A DNA stretch of 64,000 nucleotides from Pseudomonadota bacterium (lineage in GTDB: Bacteria; Pseudomonadota; Alphaproteobacteria; Rhodobacterales; Rhodobacteraceae), in NCBI GenBank assembly GCA_039182515.1, contig JBCDCE010000012.1, positions 47-64,046 of the forward strand. Direction: 5' to 3'. Under the pieces are notes generated by a model. The model saw only the letters and a program-made list of their open reading frames with translations. It searched no databases and was not told the DNA's origin. How positions within the stretch are numbered: position 1 is the stretch's first letter; the number at the start of each line of letters is the position of its first letter. Positions 44,739-54,808 of this stretch are shown piece by piece. The position numbers were made by a program, and so were the translations under genes.

Positions 44739-45800
44739 CTATTCAAATCGACATATTTTGCGCCCGTTCTCCTGGCGGCATGTATTGCGCTTGGCCACAG
44801 GCTGGGGTGTCGTTGCGGCCTCGTCAGCCGCTTTCGCGTTTACTTGGGCTGCACCGCTCGCACTGGATAGGTCCGACAAATCATTCAGGTTTATGTCGCT
44901 ACGTGACGCCTGTATTGCTAGATTGGCCACCTCAACAGCAGCAGCACCCGTCACCCCAGCATCTGGTCCGGGAGTACCTCCGAGTTTGTAGGCAAAGCCA
45001 GTCCCTAGGCGATAGCCTAGTGTAGGTTCCGGCAAAACGTCTTGGAGTGCTGCGATATCTAATCCCTGTACAACTGTCGCGATATCCGCATCAGAGGCGT
45101 TGGTGATGATTTCGAATTCATAGACATGCCCCACAGTCAAACTGAGACGTCGGAAATCCACAGGTTCTTCTTCAAAAGAGCTTGTAAGACGCATCTTTTG
45201 GGGGTGAAGCCGAAGAGGATGACCATCAAGCGTCGCGAGTACAAGTTTGGGCCCACCTGGATTTTCAGCTAAGAGCGCTTTTCTTTCCAGCGCCGATCCT
45301 GTTGCCAAGGTCCGAAAACTATCAAGCTCAGCATAGGCGCGCATCTGCACCATACGCACGCCTTTGGTGTAGGTTGCGACCGCTCCCAGCGACTTGCGCT
45401 TATCTGTCTTTACAAAATCGGAGATCATCGCATGCAATTCCCCTTCGTACAAAGGGGACGGCTCGTAATCAAAAGAAGTCAGCCATTCGGTTTGCGCAAG
45501 GTCAAATGCGGTCTTTTCCCACCCTTCTGGCGCAGGTGGCATGGCAGTTTTGAGGGCGATGGGGCTCGTCCGAAATACTCCGCTGCTGAGATCTCGCGCG
45601 GTTTTGGCCAAGCCAGCCAACCCGCGTTTTCGACGGGAGGTGCCCTGATCTGCATCCGTCAAGGCATCGACTGTCTGCGTGATTTCTTGTTGGACGAGTG
45701 CCCGCCCACCGTTGTCGGCGTAGCGTTCAAAGGCCATGAAACCCGCCACCAAAACAAGCAATCCGCCCAATCCTGCAATAGACAACGCTAATGCGCGCAT
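44739..45800 (-). CDS. Membrane-anchored protein of unknown function, paralogue 3, ending in the CRQENGRKICRFE tail
   Basis: Trimmed to the ATG at 45800, preceded by GGAGG (MRALALSIAGLGGLLVLVAGFMAF). Carries a PEGW motif. C-terminus ...PVAKRNTCRQENGRKICRFE-stop. Confidence 0.7.
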   Translation of the reverse strand: MRALALSIAGLGGLLVLVAGFMAFERYADNGGRALVQQEITQTVDALTDADQGTSRRKRGLAGLAKTARDLSSGVFRTSPIALKTAMPPAPEGWEKTAFDLAQTEWLTSFDYEPSPLYEGELHAMISDFVKTDKRKSLGAVATYTKGVRMVQMRAYAELDSFRTLATGSALERKALLAENPGGPKLVLATLDGHPLRLHPQKMRLTSSFEEEPVDFRRLSLTVGHVYEFEIITNASDADIATVVQGLDIAALQDVLPEPTLGYRLGTGFAYKLGGTPGPDAGVTGAAAVEVANLAIQASRSDINLNDLSDLSSASGAAQVNAKAADEAATTPQPVAKRNTCRQENGRKICRFE

Positions 45801-45953
45801 GGAATATGCCTCCGTTCCCACTTTGACCTCAGAAACGAGATACAATTGTCGGTTGTACGACCGCATTTGGGCAAGATTGCGTTACTTGCTCTTGTTCAGC
45901 ACCTCGCCTAGTACCTGCTCCAGGGGCGAACTTGGCTCCAGAAAGGTTTCGCG

Positions 45954-46796
45954 ATGCGTGTCACGCGCTCAATCCAGGCCACACGTGAGGTCTTGGCCCA
46001 CGCAAATGGTCCTAAGGCCCTTGTGCCAACCATGGGTTTTCTGCACGCGGGGCACATCGCTTTGGTCGAGGCCGCCAAGGAGCGCGCTGCGCATGTGTCG
46101 GCCACTATTTTTGTAAATCCCACGCAATTTGGCCAAGCTGCTGACCTCGACGCCTACCCACGCGATGAAATCCGCGATCTTCACATGTTGGAGAAAGCCG
46201 GCGTCGATTTGGTGTTTATCCCCGAAGTGGGCGAGATCTACCCAGAGGGTGACGAGACTATTGTCGAGACCACACAGATGGCCAACATGCTGCATGGCTT
46301 GGTGCGGCCCGGCCACTTTCGAGGTGTCACGACGGTCGTTTCGCGGCTCTTTAATATCTTCAGCCCAGACATTGCGCTGTTTGGCGAAAAGGATTTTCAG
46401 CAGCTCCAAGTCATCAAGCGGATGGTTCAAGATCTGCATTTTCCGCTTGAGATCATTGGCGTTCCGACTGTGCGCGAACCGGACGGTCTTGCGATGTCCT
46501 CGCGCAATGTGCGCCTGAGTGCAGAAGAGCGCAAAGCCGCATTATGTTTGTCGCAAGCCCTTGATGCAGCCGGCGAAGCGCAGTCCATTTCCGAGCTCGA
46601 GCAGATCATACGCGCCAAGATTGACGCCGAGCCGCGCGCGCATCTGCGCGGTCTCGACATTGTGGAGGCGTCTAGCCTCCAACAGCCCACCGGGCATCCA
46701 TCCGAGCCAATTGCCGTTATGTTGTCAGTGGAGGTCGGCCCCGTTCTGTTGATAGATCAGCGCGTCTACCCGCCCCTGGGCAACGAGCGGATTTGA
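45954..46796 (+). CDS. panC: Pantoate--beta-alanine ligase
   Basis: VPTMGFLHAGH motif. 280 aa. Confidence 0.9.
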   Translation: MRVTRSIQATREVLAHANGPKALVPTMGFLHAGHIALVEAAKERAAHVSATIFVNPTQFGQAADLDAYPRDEIRDLHMLEKAGVDLVFIPEVGEIYPEGDETIVETTQMANMLHGLVRPGHFRGVTTVVSRLFNIFSPDIALFGEKDFQQLQVIKRMVQDLHFPLEIIGVPTVREPDGLAMSSRNVRLSAEERKAALCLSQALDAAGEAQSISELEQIIRAKIDAEPRAHLRGLDIVEASSLQQPTGHPSEPIAVMLSVEVGPVLLIDQRVYPPLGNERI

Positions 46797-46810
46797 TGAA
46801 AGGTTAACTC

Positions 46811-47620
46811 ATGAGCAAGCAAACCCAATCGTTACGCCGCACGACGGTGCCTCAAATCGCGGCGCGCAAAGGCGGCGAGCCGATCGTCTCGCTCACATCC
46901 TATCACGCGCATACCGCTGCAATCGTCGACAAATATGCCGACTTCATTCTGGTCGGCGATAGCCTCGGCATGGTGATGCACGGCATGGAAACCACCGTTG
47001 GCGTGCCGCTTGATTTGATGATCATGCACGGCAAGGCCGTGGTCCGCGGGACCCAACAGGCGCTGATCGTCGTCGACATGCCCTTTGGCACCTACGAAGA
47101 AAGCCCCAACGTGGCGTTTCGAAATGCCGCCAAGATCATGAAGGAAACCGGCTGTGGGGCTGTGAAGCTTGAAGGTGGTGCCCGCATGGCCGAGACGATC
47201 ACGTTTCTCACCGAGCGCGGCATTCCGGTTATGGCGCATATCGGCCTCACACCGCAGTCGAGCCATGTGATGGGCGGGTTCAAAACCCAAGGGCGCGATG
47301 AAGATAGCTGGGCCGCCCATGAAGCGGATGCAAAAGCCGTTGCGGAGGCTGGCGCGTTTGCCGTCGTGTTGGAGGGCATGGTCGAGCCGCTGGCCGCCAA
47401 GATCACCAAGCAAATTCAGATCCCCACCATCGGCATTGGAGCCTCTGCGGATTGCGACGGACAAATCCTTGTGCTCGAAGACATGCTTGGGCTAAACGCC
47501 TGGACCCCTAAATTTGTGAAGGTTTACGGCGATCTTGGTCCGCAGATTGAAGCTTCGGTGAAGGCCTATGCTGAAGAGGTACGAGACCGCAGCTTCCCAG
47601 GACCCGATCAAACGTATTGA
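46811..47620 (+). CDS. panB: 3-methyl-2-oxobutanoate hydroxymethyltransferase
   Basis: 269 aa, ..[12 protein letters not shown].. and ..VKLEGG.. motifs. Follows panC. Confidence 0.9.
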   Translation: MSKQTQSLRRTTVPQIAARKGGEPIVSLTSYHAHTAAIVDKYADFILVGDSLGMVMHGMETTVGVPLDLMIMHGKAVVRGTQQALIVVDMPFGTYEESPNVAFRNAAKIMKETGCGAVKLEGGARMAETITFLTERGIPVMAHIGLTPQSSHVMGGFKTQGRDEDSWAAHEADAKAVAEAGAFAVVLEGMVEPLAAKITKQIQIPTIGIGASADCDGQILVLEDMLGLNAWTPKFVKVYGDLGPQIEASVKAYAEEVRDRSFPGPDQTY

Positions 47621-47689
47621 ACAGGCTTTGCAGGCGTGGATTAGGCGTCACGTCCCTATAGTCTCACGCGGATTTCAGGATAGGATTTA

Positions 47690-48367
47690 TTGACTATGGT
47701 GCATTTCACGCTCCCAGAGGCCGCGCGCTTGGCGCTCGCAAGTTACAAACCAAACAGATTTCCCGATCTGAAGGCCCAAATTCTCACAAGCCTTAACGAA
47801 AAGCACGTTCAGGCTCATTATCTGGAAAATGATGTGCTTTTGGTCCCTGGAAGCAATTCGCTCTTTGACTATGTGCTCTACAATCTGCGCATCTTCCGCG
47901 TGGGCGGCACGCGCTACCGCGTGGTGGATTCAAATACCGAGCGTGATGATCGCACCAATATGCGTTGGCACCAGGGGTTTCTGGCGCATGCGCATGTCGT
48001 GATCAAATGGCTCGAAGACGATCCAAAGCTCAAAGGCAAAAAACCCAAATTTATCATTGGGCATTCACTAGGGGCGGCCAGTGCGCAGCTTTTGGCGATG
48101 GTTTATGATTGCCCAACAATTACCTTCGCGGCCCCGCGAACGCGTACAGATCCCCACACATCGTCGCGTGGAGACAAGTGCCTCAATATTCTGCGCTCAG
48201 ATGATCCAGTTTGTAAGTTACCGAGCAGTTTTCACCACATCGGTCTAAACCATGAATTGCAGCCTGCTCCCAAAAAACTGGTGGGCCGCCATCATATGAG
48301 CAAATACATTTGGCTACTCGACAACCACAAACCCGGCCCAACACTGCCGCCTAGGTGGCCGCTTTGA
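47690..48367 (+). CDS. Class 3 lipase-like alpha/beta hydrolase
   Basis: Nucleophile elbow GHSLGAA. 225 aa. Confidence 0.6.
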   Translation: MTMVHFTLPEAARLALASYKPNRFPDLKAQILTSLNEKHVQAHYLENDVLLVPGSNSLFDYVLYNLRIFRVGGTRYRVVDSNTERDDRTNMRWHQGFLAHAHVVIKWLEDDPKLKGKKPKFIIGHSLGAASAQLLAMVYDCPTITFAAPRTRTDPHTSSRGDKCLNILRSDDPVCKLPSSFHHIGLNHELQPAPKKLVGRHHMSKYIWLLDNHKPGPTLPPRWPL

Positions 48368-49548
48368 ACGACGCCAAAGTCGTTCCGAGCCACCAGCGAC
48401 TGATTTTGATCCTTGCGCTGATGGGCGGGATCGGCCCCTTCGCAATAGACACCTATTTGCCCGCACTGCCGGGCATGACCCAAAGTCTTGGCGCCTCACC
48501 CGCAGCCCTTCAGATGACAATATCTGCCTATCTGCTGGCTGTCGCCTTCGCACCAATGATCACGGCCTCACTTTCTGATGCATACGGGAGAAAGCCCGTG
48601 TTGGTGGCGGCTTTAGGCTTATTTTGCATCACAAGCGTCGCCTGCGCCACTGCCCCCAATGCTGACACTTTAATTGCCTTGCGCGTTTTGCAAGCAGTGG
48701 GCGGTGGCACCATAATGACCGTTGGCCGCGCTATTCTGGCCGATCTTTTTCAAGGCGATGCATTGAGCCGGGCCATGTCGCAAATGCTCTTGGTGTTCAG
48801 CATAGCGCCCGTGGTGGCCCCTTTGGTGGGTGGGCTTTTGCTTGAAATGGGAAGCTGGCGTTATATTTTCGGTTTTCTCGCGATCCTCGGGGTCTTAGGG
48901 CTTGGGTTGCAAACTCAATTACCCGAAACCCTACCCCCTCCAATGCGCCGACGCGCTGACCTGGGCGGCATTGCGAAGCAGTATTGGGCTGTGATGTGCA
49001 ACGCTGATGGACGGTACTATCTTGTCTATACGTTCCTCTCTGGCGTTTTCTTCTTTGCAATGCTCGCCAGCGCGCCGTTTCTCTTTGTTGAGACCTATGG
49101 ATTTTCAGAGTTTGGCTTTGCCTGGGTTTTTGCTGCGATTTCAGCCGCAGCGCTCCCTGCCAACCTCTTTAACACAAGCTTTGTGATGCGGGTCGGCTAT
49201 GACAAGATGCTTACCTGGTCCACGCTTTTGCTTTTGGGAACAGGCGTCGTTTTGATCCTTGCTTCAGCATTGAACCTTGGCGGGTGGATCGGGCTCTTTA
49301 TCCCACTATTGTGCATTATGGCCGCGTTTCATCTGATGATCTCCAACACGGTTGCCGGCCTTATGGACGTGATTGGCCCGCATAAAGGCAGTGGAGCCGC
49401 AGTTATCGCGATGTTTCGGTTTTCGGGTGGGGCTGTTGGTGCCGCTCTCGTGGGTGCTTTTGGAAGCGTCAGCCAATTGGGATTTGCATTTTTGATAACG
49501 GCCACAGCACTGGCAATGCTTGCACTGATTTGGCGCCGCTCAACCTAA
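48355..49548 (+). CDS. MFS transporter, Bcr/CflA-like drug efflux type
   Basis: N-terminus ...LALMGGIGPFAIDTYLPALPGM.. is typical of Bcr/CflA. 12 TM segments. Overlaps the upstream stop. Confidence 0.8.
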   Translation: MAALNDAKVVPSHQRLILILALMGGIGPFAIDTYLPALPGMTQSLGASPAALQMTISAYLLAVAFAPMITASLSDAYGRKPVLVAALGLFCITSVACATAPNADTLIALRVLQAVGGGTIMTVGRAILADLFQGDALSRAMSQMLLVFSIAPVVAPLVGGLLLEMGSWRYIFGFLAILGVLGLGLQTQLPETLPPPMRRRADLGGIAKQYWAVMCNADGRYYLVYTFLSGVFFFAMLASAPFLFVETYGFSEFGFAWVFAAISAAALPANLFNTSFVMRVGYDKMLTWSTLLLLGTGVVLILASALNLGGWIGLFIPLLCIMAAFHLMISNTVAGLMDVIGPHKGSGAAVIAMFRFSGGAVGAALVGAFGSVSQLGFAFLITATALAMLALIWRRST

Positions 49549-49567
49549 GATCTCAATTGAATGCGCC

Positions 49568-50554
49568 TTAAAGCATGGCTGGCACAACCAAATCAGGCGG
49601 GCGATGGCCATCGTGATAGGTTTTGATGTTGATCAGAACCTTTTCGCCCATCTCAATGCGTCCTTCTTCCGTGGCAGACCCCATATGCGGCAGCAAAACG
49701 ACGTTAGAAAGCTCGCGCAAACGCGGGTTGATCTCAGCGCCGTGCTCAAAAACATCGAGGCCTGCACCCGCAATCTCGCCCGTTCTAAGCATGCGCGTGA
49801 GGGCATTCTCATCGATCACCTCTCCGCGCGACGTGTTCACAATGACCGCCGATGGCTTCATGAGTTTTAGCCTGCGCGCGTTCATCAGATGAAACGTTGA
49901 AGGTGTATGGGGGCAATTGATGGACAAGATATCCATCCGGCTCACCATCTGATCGAGGCTTTCCCAATAGGTGGCTTCCAGCTCGGTCTCAATCTCTGGG
50001 CGCAACCGTTTTCGATTGTGATAGTGGATTTGCATGCCAAAGGCCTTGGCGCGCCGCGCCACCGCTTGCCCAATCCGGCCCATACCCAAAATCCCAAGCC
50101 TGCGCCCGCCCACGCGTCCGCCCAGCAGCGCGGTAGGGCTCCATCCTGTCCAGGAGCCTTTTTGCATCATCACGAGGCCTTCGGGGATGCGCCGTGTGAC
50201 GCTCAGAATAAGCGCCATGGTCATATCGGCAGTATCTTCGGTTACAACACCAGGCGTGTTCGACACCAAAATCCCGCGCTGCCGCGCACTTTGGACATCA
50301 ATATTGTCGACGCCAGCCCCATAGTTCGCAATCAATTTGAGCCGCTCGCCAGCTTGCCCAAGCATGCCTGCATCGATTGTGTCGGTGACCGTAGGCACAA
50401 GCACATCTGCCGTTTTCATCACTTCGATGAGCTGGTTCTTTGACATCGGGCCGTCTTCTTGGCGCAGCTGCACGTCAAAAAGCTCAGACATGCGCGTTTC
50501 GACCACTTCGGGCAACCGTCGCGTCACAACAACACTCAAGCGGGGATTGGGCAT
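49568..50554 (-). CDS. D-isomer-specific 2-hydroxyacid dehydrogenase (glyoxylate/hydroxypyruvate reductase-like)
   Basis: Trimmed to the ATG at 50554. NAD-binding motif GILGMGRIGQAVARRA. Confidence 0.85.
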   Translation of the reverse strand: MPNPRLSVVVTRRLPEVVETRMSELFDVQLRQEDGPMSKNQLIEVMKTADVLVPTVTDTIDAGMLGQAGERLKLIANYGAGVDNIDVQSARQRGILVSNTPGVVTEDTADMTMALILSVTRRIPEGLVMMQKGSWTGWSPTALLGGRVGGRRLGILGMGRIGQAVARRAKAFGMQIHYHNRKRLRPEIETELEATYWESLDQMVSRMDILSINCPHTPSTFHLMNARRLKLMKPSAVIVNTSRGEVIDENALTRMLRTGEIAGAGLDVFEHGAEINPRLRELSNVVLLPHMGSATEEGRIEMGEKVLINIKTYHDGHRPPDLVVPAML

Positions 50555-50713
50555 ATCAACGCTGGCTCCTCTATCTTTCGGGCATTGGTTTTGGCAGGTT
50601 GCCGATAAAGCGCGCGGGGCACAAGCACTCGCAGCGCAGAGCACCCAGAAAAGAGGTGCAGGGCAAAAACTGGCCAGGGGTGCACCCCTAGTGCGGTCAG
50701 GATCGAGGGTTAT

Positions 50714-51184
50714 ATGACGCGGGCGCTAATCTCTGCTGTTCTTATTTTTTGGAGCACCATGTCCAGTGCGGATATTGGCCCCGAAACGGGTCTGCCGATG
50801 CCGCGCTATGTGTCGATGAAAGTGAGCGAGGGAAACGTGCGGCGCGGGCCCTCACGCGCGCATCGGATCGATTGGGTGTTTGTGCGGCGCGGCATGCCGC
50901 TCCGCGTCACCGCAGAATACGGCCACTGGCGCCGGGTCGAAGATCGCGATGGCATGGGCGGTTGGGTCCACTACTCCCTGATTTCCGGCACGCGAACGGT
51001 GATTGTGGAGCAAGACATGCTGGCGCTTCACAGTCAGCCACATACTGAAGCCACCGTGAAAGCTCACCTTGAATTGGGTGTGATCGCGCGCGTCAGCGAC
51101 TGCGCGGACAACTGGTGCAAGGTGTCCACAGGCGGCTATCGCGGATGGGTCCCGCGCGATGCGCTCTGGGGTGTGTCTGAGTAG
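50714..51184 (+). CDS. Secreted bacterial SH3-like domain protein (DUF1058-type)
   Basis: Signal peptide MTRALISAVLIFWSTMSSA. Motifs ..GNVRRGPS..PLRV..WRRVED.DG..GWV.. Confidence 0.7.
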   Translation: MTRALISAVLIFWSTMSSADIGPETGLPMPRYVSMKVSEGNVRRGPSRAHRIDWVFVRRGMPLRVTAEYGHWRRVEDRDGMGGWVHYSLISGTRTVIVEQDMLALHSQPHTEATVKAHLELGVIARVSDCADNWCKVSTGGYRGWVPRDALWGVSE

Positions 51185-51198
51185 GTTATCAGGGCGGC

Positions 51199-53223
51199 CT
51201 AGGCCGCCTTGTTCAATCCACGCCCTTTTAACAAAGCTTCTACGCCCGGCAAGCGCCCACGGAACGAGGTATAGAGCTCTGCTGGGTCTATAGAGCCACC
51301 TTTAGACAATATGAACTCCTCAAGTTTTTGAGCTGTTCCGGCATCAAAAGCACTCCCCGCTTCTTCAAAGGCCGCAAAAGCGTCCGCGTCCATCACCTCA
51401 GACCACATGTAGCTATAGTAGCTTGCAGCATAGTATCCGCCCGAGAACACATGAGCGAAGTGCGGCGTGGCGTGGCGCATACTGATGGCCCTTGGCATGC
51501 CAATTTTGTCGAGCACAGATTTCTGAAAGGCCATAGGATCACTTGGAGCTTCGCCGCGGTGCATCTCCAGATCCACCAGGGCCGAGGCCACATATTCGAC
51601 GGTTTGAAACCCGATATCGAATGTGTTTGCGCCGATAAGGCGCTGCAAAAGATCCTGAGGGATTGGCTCCCCGGTCTCCGCATGCACCGCATAGCGCGAC
51701 AAAACCTCTGGCACATCCAACCAATGCTCATAGAGCTGGCTTGGCAGTTCGACAAAATCTCGCGGAACGGAGGTGCCTGAGATGGAGCTGTAAGTCACAT
51801 CCGAGAGCATTTGGTGCAATGCATGGCCAAACTCATGAAAGAGAGTGCGCGCATCATCATACGAGAGAAGCTCAGGTTTCCCCTTCGGCGGTTTGGCAAA
51901 ATTACACACGTTCATCACGATGGGACGTTCGTCATCGAGATGGTTTTGGGACCGCATGGCTGAGCACCATGCGCCAGAGCGTTTGCCGCCACGTGCAAAG
52001 TAGTCCCCGATGAAAACCGCGATGTGCTGGCCGTCGCGGCTCACTTGCCAAGCGCGACAATCCGCGTGGTAGAGGTCCAGTTTAAGAGGCTCAAACGCCA
52101 ACCCAAAAAGCCGCGTTGCGCAGTCAAACGCGGCCTCGATCATTTGATCGAGCTGGAAATAGGGTTTGAGCTCCTCTTCATCGAGATCATGCTCAGCCTT
52201 GCGCCGTTTTTGCGCGTAGTGGTGCCAATCCCAGGGAGCCAGCGTGTCGTTGATGCCATCGGCTTGCAGCATGGCTTCTAGCACATCTGCATCCGCATCT
52301 GCGGCCGCCTTCGCGGGTTGCCAGACAGCGTGCAAAAGTTCTTCGACGCGCTCTGGCGTTTTAGCCATTTCCATCTCAAGCTTAAAGTCGGCAAAGCTCT
52401 TGTAGCCGAGAAGCCCCGCCATTTCAGCGCGCAGTTCGAGCATTTCTTTTGCAAGCGCGACGTTGTTGGTCTCTCCTCCGCTCGCGCCGCGAGCCGTCCA
52501 AGCTTTATAGGCAATTTCGCGCAAATCACGCCGCGTGCTGAATTGCAAAAACGGCACCACCAAGGAGCGCGAGAGTGTTAAAACGGGCCCAGCGGCGTTG
52601 CGTTCTGTGCCAGCCGCGCGCGCAGCATCAATGACAAACTCCGGCAAGCCAGCGAGATCCCCTTCGGCAAGATCTAGCGACCAGTCCCGCTCGTCAGCCA
52701 AAAGGTTTTGACCAAAAGCCGTGCCAATTATTGAAAGCCGCTCTTTAATCTCAGCGTAACGCGCGCGATCTTGGCCTTCTAAAGCAGCTCCTGCACGTTT
52801 GAAATTGTCGTAAGTAAGCGTCAAAACCCGCAGTTGCTCGTTCGTGAGGTCAAGCGTTTCGCGGGTTTTCCAAAGGGTGTTCACGCGTGCAAAAAGCGCT
52901 GGGTTGAGAGTGATCTCGCTCGAGAGTTTGGCAAGCTCTGGGGAGAACTTCCGGCTCAATTCTTCGCGAAGATCTGTACTGTCGGTGCCGGCCAAAGTGT
53001 AAAAAACCGAAAGCAGCTTGCCCAAGTCGTTTCCCTCACGCTCCAGGGCCACGATTGTGTTTTCAAACGACGGCGCGCTTGGATCCTGAGCGATCGCATC
53101 GATTTCGGCGCGAGATTTTGCCAGGCTTTCCGCAAAAAGCTGCTCAAACTCTGTGTCGTCAATTTTGGAAAACTCAGGTGTCTCAAACGCCCCTGTCCAT
53201 GTGATCGCTGCAATATTTCCCAT
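51199..53223 (-). CDS. dcp: M3-family peptidyl-dipeptidase
   Basis: 674 aa with zinc motif HEFGHALH. Confidence 0.85.
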   Translation of the reverse strand: MGNIAAITWTGAFETPEFSKIDDTEFEQLFAESLAKSRAEIDAIAQDPSAPSFENTIVALEREGNDLGKLLSVFYTLAGTDSTDLREELSRKFSPELAKLSSEITLNPALFARVNTLWKTRETLDLTNEQLRVLTLTYDNFKRAGAALEGQDRARYAEIKERLSIIGTAFGQNLLADERDWSLDLAEGDLAGLPEFVIDAARAAGTERNAAGPVLTLSRSLVVPFLQFSTRRDLREIAYKAWTARGASGGETNNVALAKEMLELRAEMAGLLGYKSFADFKLEMEMAKTPERVEELLHAVWQPAKAAADADADVLEAMLQADGINDTLAPWDWHHYAQKRRKAEHDLDEEELKPYFQLDQMIEAAFDCATRLFGLAFEPLKLDLYHADCRAWQVSRDGQHIAVFIGDYFARGGKRSGAWCSAMRSQNHLDDERPIVMNVCNFAKPPKGKPELLSYDDARTLFHEFGHALHQMLSDVTYSSISGTSVPRDFVELPSQLYEHWLDVPEVLSRYAVHAETGEPIPQDLLQRLIGANTFDIGFQTVEYVASALVDLEMHRGEAPSDPMAFQKSVLDKIGMPRAISMRHATPHFAHVFSGGYYAASYYSYMWSEVMDADAFAAFEEAGSAFDAGTAQKLEEFILSKGGSIDPAELYTSFRGRLPGVEALLKGRGLNKAA

Positions 53224-53281
53224 TCATCGCGCTCCTTAAGAGTGTGTTGCGCCTCATCTTAGCCTGCGCTCGCCCAGGCGA

Positions 53282-54319
53282 CTAAACCTTACAAACCTTG
53301 CAATCGGCACGCCGCGCAAAGGTGATTTTGCGTGTGTCTGCATAAAGTCCATCGTAGATAAGCATTGACCCGCTCAAAGTGGAGCCTGTGCCCACCAAAA
53401 GCTTAATCGCTTCAACGGCCATCATTGACCCAATGACACCCGGCAGTGGACCCGCAACACCTGCTTCCACACAGGTGTTGGAGAGGCCATCAGCCGGTGG
53501 CTCGGGATACACGCAGGCATAACACGGGCCTTCAACGCTTGGATCATAGACGCCGATCTGTCCGTCCCATTGGCTAATTGCGGCCCAAACCAAAGGTGTG
53601 CCCGTTGCGACGGCGGCACGATTGCTTAGAGCCCGCGTGTCAAATCCGTCCGTCCCATCCAAGACAAGATCATATTCCGCAAAGAGCGTTTCTGCGATAT
53701 CGACGTCTAGCTTTCGATTGTAGGTTTTCACGCTCAGGAAGGGGTTTTGCGCTTTAAGAGCAAGCTCAGCTGAGAAGACTTTCGGCATACCAATGCGATC
53801 ATCTGTATGAATGATTTGACGCTGCAAATTGGTGTTTTCGACCAAGTCGTCGTCGATGATGCCCAGCGTTCCGATGCCAGCAGCCCCGAGATACATCAAA
53901 GCAGGCGAGCCCAGGCCTCCGGCGCCAATAACCAGAACCTTAGATTCCTTCAGACGCCTTTGACCCGCACCTCCGATTTCGCGCAACACAATATGCCGCG
54001 CGGCACGTTCGAGCTCCACGTCTGCAAAGGTTTCCTTTCGCGCAGGCGGATCAAAGGCCACCGGATTGCTGCGCGCCCGGATCCACATAAGACCTTGCCG
54101 ATACACCAAGACTAAGACGGCCAGAGCGCCGATCAAAAGCCATAAGGCGGGAGAACTGCCTAAACCTTCGCGCAGAGGATGGCCTTGCGGCAAGATTACG
54201 TGGATCGCCAGCACGCCAATGTAGAGCAAGCCGATCATGATCAAGCGCGCCTGTTTCGGCGTGCCCATCGCGGCACCGGTTCCCCACAAGACGGCTGCCA
54301 TCACAAAAACAACAATCAT
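53282..54319 (-). CDS. moeB: HesA/MoeB/ThiF-family adenylyltransferase with an N-terminal membrane extension
   Basis: VLVIGAGGLGSP nucleotide-binding motif and CxxC pairs (CYAC, CKVC). The first roughly 85 aa are hydrophobic, consistent with about 3 TM segments. Confidence 0.75.
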   Translation of the reverse strand: MIVVFVMAAVLWGTGAAMGTPKQARLIMIGLLYIGVLAIHVILPQGHPLREGLGSSPALWLLIGALAVLVLVYRQGLMWIRARSNPVAFDPPARKETFADVELERAARHIVLREIGGAGQRRLKESKVLVIGAGGLGSPALMYLGAAGIGTLGIIDDDLVENTNLQRQIIHTDDRIGMPKVFSAELALKAQNPFLSVKTYNRKLDVDIAETLFAEYDLVLDGTDGFDTRALSNRAAVATGTPLVWAAISQWDGQIGVYDPSVEGPCYACVYPEPPADGLSNTCVEAGVAGPLPGVIGSMMAVEAIKLLVGTGSTLSGSMLIYDGLYADTRKITFARRADCKVCKV

Positions 54320-54340
54320 TGCATCACCGGAGTCATTGCG

Positions 54341-54808
54341 TCACTGACCTGTCGAGCCAAAACCACCCGCCCCGCGTGTGGTCTCGTTTAAAGCCTCATG
54401 CACTTCGAACTTAGCTTGCACGACAGGTGCAAGCACCATCTGCGCAATCCGCATGCCATGGGTCACCACAAACGGCTCTTGGCTTAAATTCATCACGAGG
54501 ACCCCCACCTCGCCGCGGTAGTCTGCGTCGATCGTGCCAGGAGAATTAGGTAGGGTAATACCGTTTTTCAGAGCCAAGCCCGAGCGTGGACGTATCTGAA
54601 CTTCAAAGCCGTGGGGGATCTCAAACCGCAAGCCCGTGGGTACAAGAGCGCGAGCGCCAGGGGCGAGGGTCACACCACTTTCTCGTTCGGCTTGCTGGAA
54701 ATTTGCTTTCAAATCGGCACCAGCGGCTTGCTCTGTTTCATAATGCGGCAGACCAAGCGTTTGGTCTGCACTTTCTACCCATTGTACCTTCAGCGATGTC
54801 ACGCTCAT
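54341..54808 (-). CDS. dut: dUTP diphosphatase
   Basis: 155 aa with ..AAGADL.., ..RSGLALK.., ..[10 protein letters not shown].. motifs. Confidence 0.9.
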   Translation of the reverse strand: MSVTSLKVQWVESADQTLGLPHYETEQAAGADLKANFQQAERESGVTLAPGARALVPTGLRFEIPHGFEVQIRPRSGLALKNGITLPNSPGTIDADYRGEVGVLVMNLSQEPFVVTHGMRIAQMVLAPVVQAKFEVHEALNETTRGAGGFGSTGQ

